Origin: Streptococcus mitis
GTDB lineage: Bacteria > Bacillota > Bacilli > Lactobacillales > Streptococcaceae
Assembly (NCBI GenBank): GCA_032565555.1
Contig: JAWHFN010000001.1
Location: forward strand, 1 to 49,712
Reading direction: 5' to 3'
DNA length: 49,712 nt
The position numbers and the translations under genes were made by a program. Below are positions 41,704-49,712 of this stretch, one piece after another (within the stretch, counting starts at the first letter, position 1; each line of letters starts with the position of its first letter). Under the pieces are notes generated by a model, which worked only from the letters and a program-made list of their open reading frames with translations, made no database searches and was not told the origin of the DNA.

Positions 41704-41889
41704 TTAATCTCCTCCTAAAAAATAACCAGCTGCCAAACCAGAACCTACAAGTGCTGTTCCACCTGCAATAGCTTTCCAAGATACTGCTACTCCAAAGATA
41801 ACCAAGGGAGCGAGACCGCCATCAATATCTGATAATTCATTTTCAGATAGGGATAAAAATTGATTGTCAAGAACGTCAAAATTTGTCAT
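41704..41889 (-). CDS. cibA: Competence-induced two-peptide bacteriocin A
   Basis: MTNFDVLDNQFLSLSENELSDIDGG|LAPLVIFGVAVSWKAIAGG..., with a double-glycine leader. Confidence 0.9.
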   Translation of the reverse strand: MTNFDVLDNQFLSLSENELSDIDGGLAPLVIFGVAVSWKAIAGGTALVGSGLAAGYFLGGD

Positions 41890-41922
41890 TGAACTTTCCT
41901 CCTTTTTTCTTGTTCACTTTTA

Positions 41923-41930
41923 TATTCGGA
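41923..41930 (-). promoter_or_regulatory. ComX combox upstream of cibA
   Basis: Minus strand TCCGAATA (consensus TACGAATA) preceded by a T-rich tract. Confidence 0.8.
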
Positions 41931-42080
41931 AAAGAAAAGGAAAAGTGAGCATTTTTTTGAATTTTATTTGCGAATTATTTTTTAGCTAAGTATAGGCATT
42001 TTTGTTTGGGGGCAAAGAAAATTCCCATGTGCCAGCTTTTGTAGTATAATAGTAAGCAGACAAAAAGATAGGAATGTGTT

Positions 42081-42764
42081 ATGAAAGTATTAGCTTTTGA
42101 TACGTCTAGCAAGGCTCTTTCTCTCGCTATTTTAGAGGACAAGCAGGTTCTTGCCGAGACGACGATTAATATTAAGAAAAATCACAGTATTACCCTTATG
42201 CCTGCCATCGATTTTTTGATGGCAAGTTTGGATTGGACGCCCAAGGATTTGGATCGAATCGTGGTAGCGGAAGGGCCAGGTAGCTACACAGGTTTGCGAA
42301 TTGCGGTAGCAACTGCCAAGACTTTGGCTCATACTCTGAACATTGAGTTGGTTGGTATGTCTAGCCTCTTGGCTCTGGTGCCCTACCAACAAGAAGGCTT
42401 GTTCGTTCCTTTGATGGATGCGCGTCGCAACAATGTTTATGCAGGATTTTATGAAAATGCCAAACCTGTCATGCCAGAAGCGCACCTGCCTTTTGAGCGA
42501 GTGATTGAGTTAATCAAGGGTGCTAGTCAAGTAACCTTTGTCGGAGAAGTTGGCCCCTTTGTGGAGCAGATTCAAGAACACTTGCCAAGGACTAATCTCA
42601 AAGAAACCTTGCCAAATGCAGCTAATCTAGCTCTCTGGGCCTGGGACAAGGAAGCAGACTCCTTGCATGATTTTGTGCCGAATTACCTCAAACGAGTCGA
42701 GGCTGAGGAAAACTGGCTCAAGAACCACACTGAATCTGGCGAGTCCTACATTAAACGCCTATGA
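42081..42764 (+). CDS. tsaB: t6A biosynthesis protein TsaB
   Basis: Motifs LAFDTSS, GPGSYTGLRI and MDARR. Confidence 0.95.
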   Translation: MKVLAFDTSSKALSLAILEDKQVLAETTINIKKNHSITLMPAIDFLMASLDWTPKDLDRIVVAEGPGSYTGLRIAVATAKTLAHTLNIELVGMSSLLALVPYQQEGLFVPLMDARRNNVYAGFYENAKPVMPEAHLPFERVIELIKGASQVTFVGEVGPFVEQIQEHLPRTNLKETLPNAANLALWAWDKEADSLHDFVPNYLKRVEAEENWLKNHTESGESYIKRL

Positions 42765-43198
42765 TAGAAATCAAACGAATCCAACAGCAACCTGACTTGG
42801 CTCAAGCCATCTACGCTGTGATGGCAGCTGTTTACCCAGTCAGTCCTTGGACGCTGGAACAAATCCAAGCAGATCTGTCCCAAGACCAGACTTGGTATGT
42901 TCTGGCTTATGATGGGGCCGAAGTGATTGGATTTCTAGCTGTGCAGGAAAATATCTTTGAAGCAGAAGTCCTGCAAATCGCTGTCAAAGGAGCCTATCAG
43001 GGTCAGGGAATTGCGTCAGCCTTGTTTGCTCAATTGCCGACAGACAAGGAGATTTTCCTCGAAGTCAGAAGGTCAAATCAACGAGCGCAAGCATTTTACA
43101 AGAAAGAAAAGATGGCGGTCATCGCTGAGCGCAAGGCCTACTACCATGATCCAGTCGAGGACGCCATCATCATGAAGAGAGAAATAGATGAAGGATAG
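42761..43198 (+). CDS. rimI: Ribosomal protein alanine N-acetyltransferase
   Basis: GNAT QGQGIA, LEVRRSN and RKAYY...EDAIIM. Confidence 0.9.
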   Translation: MIEIKRIQQQPDLAQAIYAVMAAVYPVSPWTLEQIQADLSQDQTWYVLAYDGAEVIGFLAVQENIFEAEVLQIAVKGAYQGQGIASALFAQLPTDKEIFLEVRRSNQRAQAFYKKEKMAVIAERKAYYHDPVEDAIIMKREIDEG

Positions 43199-44198
43199 AT
43201 ATATTTTAGCATTTGAGACATCCTGTGATGAGACCAGTGTCGCCGTCTTGAAAAACGACGATGAGCTCTTGTCCAATGTCATTGCTAGTCAAATTGAGAG
43301 TCACAAACGTTTTGGGGGCGTAGTGCCTGAAGTAGCCAGTCGTCACCATGTCGAGGTCATTACAGCCTGCATCGAGGAGGCGTTGGCAGAAGCAGGGATT
43401 ACCGAAGAGGACGTGACAGCTGTGGCTGTTACCTATGGACCAGGCTTGGTCGGAGCCTTGCTAGTTGGCTTGTCAGCTGCTAAGGCCTTTGCTTGGGCAC
43501 ATGGACTTCCACTCATCCCTGTTAACCACATGGCTGGTCACCTCATGGCAGCTCAGAGCGTGGAGCCTTTGGAGTTTCCCTTGCTAGCCCTCTTGGTCAG
43601 CGGTGGACACACAGAGTTGGTTTATGTTTCTGAGGCGGGTGACTACAAGATTGTTGGAGAAACGCGAGATGACGCGGTTGGTGAGGCCTATGATAAGGTC
43701 GGCCGTGTCATGGGCTTGACCTATCCTGCAGGTCGTGAGATTGACGAGCTAGCTCATCAGGGACAGGATATTTATGATTTTCCTCGTGCCATGATTAAGG
43801 AAGATAATCTGGAGTTTTCATTCTCAGGTTTGAAATCGGCTTTTATCAATCTTCACCACAATGCCGAGCAAAAGGGAGAAAGCTTGTCCACAGAGGATTT
43901 GTGTGCTTCCTTCCAAGCAGCTGTCTTGGATATTCTTATGGCAAAAACTAAGAAGGCTTTGGAGAAATACCCTGTTAAAACCCTTGTCGTGGCAGGTGGC
44001 GTGGCAGCCAATAAAGGCCTCAGAGAACACCTAGCAACTGAAATCACAGATGTCAAGGTCATCATTCCACCTCTGCGTCTTTGCGGAGACAATGCAGGTA
44101 TGATTGCCTATGCCAGCGTCAGCGAGTGGAACAAAGAAAACTTTGCAAACTTGGACCTCAATGCCAAACCAAGTCTCGCTTTTGATACTATGGAATAA
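43188..44198 (+). CDS. tsaD: t6A threonylcarbamoyltransferase TsaD
   Basis: Motifs [30 protein letters not shown] and DNAGMIA. Confidence 0.97.
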   Translation: MKDRYILAFETSCDETSVAVLKNDDELLSNVIASQIESHKRFGGVVPEVASRHHVEVITACIEEALAEAGITEEDVTAVAVTYGPGLVGALLVGLSAAKAFAWAHGLPLIPVNHMAGHLMAAQSVEPLEFPLLALLVSGGHTELVYVSEAGDYKIVGETRDDAVGEAYDKVGRVMGLTYPAGREIDELAHQGQDIYDFPRAMIKEDNLEFSFSGLKSAFINLHHNAEQKGESLSTEDLCASFQAAVLDILMAKTKKALEKYPVKTLVVAGGVAANKGLREHLATEITDVKVIIPPLRLCGDNAGMIAYASVSEWNKENFANLDLNAKPSLAFDTME

Positions 44199-44317
44199 AA
44201 TGGAGTCTGTCTGATTACAATCAACAGACTTTTTTCTCTTTCCTGAATGTGTTATAATAGTTCATGCTGTGGCTGGAGCCTTTTCAGCCCATTTATTAAG
44301 ACAATATGAGGAGAAAG

Positions 44318-45013
44318 ATGAAAGAAAAAGGATTCTGGGAGGGGGCACAGGCAGCCATGCCAACGGCCCTTGGTTATGTCAGTATTGGCCTTGCCTGTGG
44401 GATTATTGGTGCGCCCTATGTGACACCTGTAGAGATGGGCTTGATGAGCCTCTTTGTTTATGCTGGGAGTGCCCAGTTTGCCATGTTGGCACTGATTGCG
44501 GTTCAAGCTCCTGTGGCAGCTATTGCTATGACGGTTTTTCTAATCAATTTGCGTCTCTTTTTGTTGAGCTTGCATGCGTCAACCTATTTCCGTCATACCA
44601 GTCTCTGGCAAAATATCGGTATGTCTAGCCTCTTGACAGATGAGACTTACGGCGTTTTGATGGGTGAATTGGCCCATACAGACAAGGTCAATCCTATGTG
44701 GATGCACGGAAACAATCTCAACAGCTATGTGGCTTGGTTTGTGGGGACAGTGGTTGGAACAGCTCTAGGTGCCCTGCTGCCAAATCCAGAAATCTTTGGG
44801 CTGGACTTTGCTTTGGTTGGGATGTTCATCGGGATTTTTGCTTCGCAATTCCAGATTATGCAAAGACGGATTCCTGTCCGCAATCTGCTCATTATCCTAG
44901 CAGTTGTTGCGGTGTCCTTCTTTTTACTCTTAACAGTGGTGTCTCAGTCGCTAGCTGTTCTGTTTGCGACGCTACTTGGTTGTACAATGGGGGTGGTTTT
45001 AGATGGTCAGTAA
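44318..45013 (+). CDS. azlC: AzlC-family amino acid exporter, large subunit
   Basis: Motifs YAGSAQF, INLR, LTDETYG and GLDFAL. Confidence 0.88.
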   Translation: MKEKGFWEGAQAAMPTALGYVSIGLACGIIGAPYVTPVEMGLMSLFVYAGSAQFAMLALIAVQAPVAAIAMTVFLINLRLFLLSLHASTYFRHTSLWQNIGMSSLLTDETYGVLMGELAHTDKVNPMWMHGNNLNSYVAWFVGTVVGTALGALLPNPEIFGLDFALVGMFIGIFASQFQIMQRRIPVRNLLIILAVVAVSFFLLLTVVSQSLAVLFATLLGCTMGVVLDGQ

Positions 45014-45326
45014 GTATCTTTTATTAGCAGTTATTTTCTCTGGCTTGGTGACTTGGATTCCCCGTATGATTCCCTTCATCTTGGTCAAGTATAAGGGTTT
45101 GCCTGCAATCGTTGAGCGTTTTTTGAAGTTCTTGCCCGTTTCTATTATCTTTGCCTTGATTCTTTCAAGCGTAGTGACAGGCAAGGTTGGCAGCCTTCCT
45201 CAAATCAAATGGCTGGACTTCTTAGCTGTCTTTCCAACAGCTTGGGTAGCCTTTCGCTACCGCAATCTAGTCGGAACAGTTCTCTTTGGAGTGGTCTTGA
45301 TTGCAGTCTTGCGTTTGGCCTTTTAA
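45003..45326 (+). CDS. azlD: AzlD-family small subunit
   Basis: TWIPRMIPF motif, four TMs, overlaps azlC. Confidence 0.85.
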   Translation: MVSKYLLLAVIFSGLVTWIPRMIPFILVKYKGLPAIVERFLKFLPVSIIFALILSSVVTGKVGSLPQIKWLDFLAVFPTAWVAFRYRNLVGTVLFGVVLIAVLRLAF

Positions 45327-45478
45327 TACTCTTCGAAAATCTCTTCAAACCACGTCAGCGTCGCCTTACCGTAGGTATATGTAACTGACTTCGTCAGTCT
45401 TATCTCCAACCTCAAAACAGTGTTTTGAGCAACCTGCGGCTAGCTTCCTAGTTTGCTCTTTGATTTTCATTGAGTATA
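45324..45478 (+). repeat. BOX element (boxA-boxB-boxC)
   Basis: TAATACTCTTCGAAAATCTCTTCAAACCACGTCAGC...ACTGACTTCGTCAGT...CCTGCGGCTAGCTTCCTAGTTTGCTCTTTGATTTTCATTGAGTATA. Confidence 0.95.
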
Positions 45479-45549
45479 AATCAGCCATAAAGAAAACCTA
45501 TCACAGAGATAGATATCATATAATGGCGTAAATGCTCTTTTTCTGTTAA

Positions 45550-46413
<864 letters not shown>

Positions 46414-46467
46414 TTTCTTGAAGTCATCCATTCTGCATAAGGTGGATGATTTCTCAGTTTTTAGGGA

Positions 46468-46484
46468 TATAGTTTTAAACTATA
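46468..46484. promoter_or_regulatory. MetR/MtaR/CmhR (LysR-type) methionine box
   Basis: Palindrome TATAGTTTTAAACTATA upstream of metQ. Confidence 0.8.
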
Positions 46485-46566
46485 TATCTGGCTATCTAAT
46501 AACAATTTGTGAAATCAAACAAATTGTGAGATACTAGTACGGTATTATTTTTAAGGAGAAAGAATC

Positions 46567-47421
46567 ATGAAAATTAAAAAATGGCTTGGTGTAGCAGCCC
46601 TTGCTACAGTCGCAGGTTTGGCTCTTGCAGCTTGCGGAAACTCAGAAAAGAAAGCAGACAATGCAACAACTATTAAAATTGCAACTGTTAACCGTAGCGG
46701 TTCTGAAGAAAAACGTTGGGACAAAATTCAAGAATTGGTTAAAAAAGACGGTATTACTTTGGAATTTACAGAGTTCACAGACTACTCACAACCAAACAAG
46801 GCAACTGCTGATGGCGAAGTAGATTTGAACGCTTTCCAACACTATAACTTCTTGAACAACTGGAACAAAGAAAACGGAAAAGACCTTGTAGCGATTGCAG
46901 ATACTTACATCTCTCCAATCCGCCTTTACTCAGGTTTGAATGGAGGCGACAACAAGTACACTAAAGTAGAAGACATCCCAGCAAACGGAGAAATCGCTGT
47001 ACCGAACGATGCTACAAACGAAAGCCGTGCGCTTTACTTGCTTCAATCAGCTGGCTTGATTAAATTGGATGTTTCTGGAACTGCTCTTGCAACAGTTGCT
47101 AACATCAAAGAAAATCCAAAGAACTTGAAAATCACTGAATTGGACGCTAGCCAAACAGCTCGTTCATTGTCATCAGTTGACGCTGCCGTTGTAAACAATA
47201 CCTTCGTTACAGAAGCAAAATTGGACTACAAGAAAGCACTTTTCAAAGAACAAGCTGATGAAAACTCAAAACAATGGTACAACATCATCGTTGCGAAAAA
47301 AGATTGGGAAACATCACCTAAGGCTGATGCTATCAAGAAAGTGATCGCAGCTTACCACACAGATGACGTGAAAAAAGTTATCGAAGAAACATCAGACGGT
47401 TTGGATCAACCAGTTTGGTAA
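46567..47421 (+). CDS. metQ: Methionine ABC substrate-binding lipoprotein
   Basis: Lipobox LAAC, FTDYSQPN, NAFQH and PNDATNESRAL. Confidence 0.92.
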   Translation: MKIKKWLGVAALATVAGLALAACGNSEKKADNATTIKIATVNRSGSEEKRWDKIQELVKKDGITLEFTEFTDYSQPNKATADGEVDLNAFQHYNFLNNWNKENGKDLVAIADTYISPIRLYSGLNGGDNKYTKVEDIPANGEIAVPNDATNESRALYLLQSAGLIKLDVSGTALATVANIKENPKNLKITELDASQTARSLSSVDAAVVNNTFVTEAKLDYKKALFKEQADENSKQWYNIIVAKKDWETSPKADAIKKVIAAYHTDDVKKVIEETSDGLDQPVW

Positions 47422-47520
47422 TAAGAAACAGGGAGGTGGGAGAGAAAATTCCACCTCTTGCTTTTGTATAGAGCATGGATTGTAAAGAAGACTATAGGTT
47501 CATAGAAAGGTAGAGAGAAT

Positions 47521-48894
47521 ATGGTTTTTCCTAGTGAACAAGAACAGATTGAAAAATTTGAAAAGGATCATGTGGCCCAGCATTATTTTGAGGTTTTGCG
47601 CACCTTGATTTCTAAGAAATCGGTTTTTGCCCAGCAGGTGGGTCTCAAAGAAGTTGCCAACTATCTGGGTGAGATTTTCAAGCGTGTTGGAGCTGAAGTG
47701 GAGATTGATGAGACTTATACAGCGCCCTTTGTCATGGCGCATTTCAAGAGTTCGCGTCCAGATGCTAAGACCTTGATTTTCTATAACCACTATGACACTG
47801 TGCCAGCGGACGGGGATCAGGTGTGGACGGAGGATCCTTTTACTCTTTCGGTGCGCAATGGTTTCATGTATGGGCGTGGGGTCGATGACGACAAGGGTCA
47901 TATCACAGCTCGTTTGAGTGCTTTGAGAAAATACATGCAGCATCATGATGATCTGCCTGTCAATATCAGTTTTATCATGGAGGGAGCGGAGGAATCGGCT
48001 TCGACAGACCTAGATAAGTATCTGGAAAAACATGCGGACAAACTCCGTGGTGCAGATTTGTTAGTTTGGGAACAAGGGACCAAGAATGCCTTGGAGCAGT
48101 TAGAAATTTCTGGTGGAAATAAAGGAATTGTGACCTTTGATGCCAGGGTGAAAAGCGCTGATGTCGATATCCACTCTAGTTATGGTGGGGTTGTGGAATC
48201 AGCTCCCTGGTACCTCCTTCAAGCCTTACAGTCTCTTCGTGCCGCAGATGGGCGTATCTTGGTTGAAGGTTTGTACGAAGAAGTTCAAGAACCAAACGAA
48301 CGGGAATTGGCTTTGGTGGATACCTACGCCCAACGAAATCCAGGGGAAATCAGCCAGATTTATGGTTTGGAATTGCCTCTCTTACAAGAGGATCGCGCAG
48401 CCTTTCTAAAACGTTTCTTTTTCGAGCCAGCTCTTAATATCGAAGGGATTCAGTCAGGTTATCAAGGACAAGGAGTCAAAACGATTTTGCCAGCAGAAGC
48501 CAGCGCTAAGCTAGAGGTTCGTTTGGTTCCTGGCCTAGAACCGCATGATGTTCTGGAAAAAATTCGGAAACAGCTAGACAAAAATGGCTTTGATAAGGTA
48601 GAATTATACTATACCTTGGGAGAGATGAGCTATCGAAGCGATATGAGCGCGCCAGCCATTCTTAATGTGATCGAGTTGGCCAAGAAATTCTATCCACAGG
48701 GCGTTTCAGTCTTGCCGACGACAGCGGGGACAGGGCCTATGCATACGGTCTTTGATGCCCTAGAGGTGCCAATGGTGGCCTTCGGTCTAGGAAATGCCAA
48801 TAGTCGAGACCACGGTGGAGATGAGAATGTGCGAATCGCCGATTATTACACCCATATTGAATTAGTAGAGGAGCTGATTAGAAGCTATGAGTAG
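47521..48894 (+). CDS. M20/M25/M40 metallopeptidase
   Basis: Motifs [22 protein letters not shown] and HGGDE. Confidence 0.9.
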   Translation: MVFPSEQEQIEKFEKDHVAQHYFEVLRTLISKKSVFAQQVGLKEVANYLGEIFKRVGAEVEIDETYTAPFVMAHFKSSRPDAKTLIFYNHYDTVPADGDQVWTEDPFTLSVRNGFMYGRGVDDDKGHITARLSALRKYMQHHDDLPVNISFIMEGAEESASTDLDKYLEKHADKLRGADLLVWEQGTKNALEQLEISGGNKGIVTFDARVKSADVDIHSSYGGVVESAPWYLLQALQSLRAADGRILVEGLYEEVQEPNERELALVDTYAQRNPGEISQIYGLELPLLQEDRAAFLKRFFFEPALNIEGIQSGYQGQGVKTILPAEASAKLEVRLVPGLEPHDVLEKIRKQLDKNGFDKVELYYTLGEMSYRSDMSAPAILNVIELAKKFYPQGVSVLPTTAGTGPMHTVFDALEVPMVAFGLGNANSRDHGGDENVRIADYYTHIELVEELIRSYE

Positions 48895-49712
48895 AGATAT
48901 TATCAAGTTAGATCAGATCGATGTGACTTTTCATCAGAAGAAGAGAACCATCACAGCGGTCAAGGATGTGACCATTCATATCCAAGAAGGGGATATCTAC
49001 GGAATCGTTGGATATTCTGGAGCAGGGAAATCAACCCTTGTTCGGGTGATTAACCTCTTGCAAAAACCATCTGCAGGGAAAATTACCATTGACGACGATG
49101 TGATTTTTGATGGCAAGGTGACCTTGACGGCCGAGCAGTTGCGTCGTAAACGTCAAGATATTGGAATGATTTTCCAGCATTTTAACCTGATGAGCCAGAA
49201 GACTGCAGAGGAGAACGTAGCCTTTGCCCTTAAACACTCTGGACTCAGCAAGGAAGAAAAGAAGGCTAAAGTAGCTAAGTTGTTGGACTTGGTTGGCTTG
49301 GCAGACCGTGCTGAAAACTACCCTTCACAATTATCTGGAGGACAAAAACAGCGTGTGGCCATTGCGCGTGCCTTGGCAAATGATCCAAAAATCTTGATTT
49401 CAGATGAGTCAACTTCTGCCCTTGACCCTAAGACAACCAAGCAGATTTTGACCTTGTTGCAAGATTTGAACCAAAAATTAGGCTTGACTGTTGTCTTGAT
49501 TACGCATGAAATGCAGATTGTCAAAGACATTGCCAATCGTGTGGCAGTCATGCAGGATGGGCATTTGATTGAAGAGGGTAGTGTTCTTGAAATCTTCTCA
49601 GATCCTAAACAACCTTTGACTCAAGACTTTATCTCAACAGCTACAGGTATTGACGAAGCCATGGTCAAGATTGAGAAGCAAGAAATCGTGGAACACTTGT
49701 CTGAAAACAGTC
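48887..49712 (+). CDS. metN: Methionine ABC ATPase, partial (runs off the window)
   Basis: [10 protein letters not shown]..., [33 protein letters not shown] and ITHEM. Confidence 0.92.
   Translation, partial: MSRDIIKLDQIDVTFHQKKRTITAVKDVTIHIQEGDIYGIVGYSGAGKSTLVRVINLLQKPSAGKITIDDDVIFDGKVTLTAEQLRRKRQDIGMIFQHFNLMSQKTAEENVAFALKHSGLSKEEKKAKVAKLLDLVGLADRAENYPSQLSGGQKQRVAIARALANDPKILISDESTSALDPKTTKQILTLLQDLNQKLGLTVVLITHEMQIVKDIANRVAVMQDGHLIEEGSVLEIFSDPKQPLTQDFISTATGIDEAMVKIEKQEIVEHLSENS

Overview
Chromosomal segment of a mitis-group Streptococcus. Gene order follows the S. pneumoniae SP_0090-SP_0151 region as I recall it, but pspA and the rgg144/vp1 block are absent, which favours S. mitis or a close relative. 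In order it holds: (1) the left end of an IS66-family element that truncates a GH92 gene; (2) a contiguous N-glycan utilisation locus (GH92, GH125, GH38, ROK, GH20 and an ABC importer); (3) trhO, a PadR/DUF1700/DUF4097 operon, an MFS transporter, teichoic-acid genes (GT2, capD/aatA), serine dehydratase and a LysM protein; (4) an accessory block with an Rgg/PlcR-like regulator, two unannotated small hydrophobic ORFs and a lactococcin-972-type immunity/ABC pair with no toxin gene; (5) artP-argG-argH; (6) mnmA, two Nudix genes and mnmG, then rnj and rpoY; (7) the cibABC fratricide locus, tsaB-rimI-tsaD, azlCD, gshT, metQ, an M20 peptidase and metN. The most interesting signal is two tandem 5-bp-stem/7-nt-loop hairpins at the start of the mnmA leader. 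Each presents UUC at the anticodon position, so they are possible tRNA-Glu anticodon mimics, and a hairpin-rich MITE-like insertion separates them from the gene. Orthology calls come from recognising the protein sequences, not from database searches.
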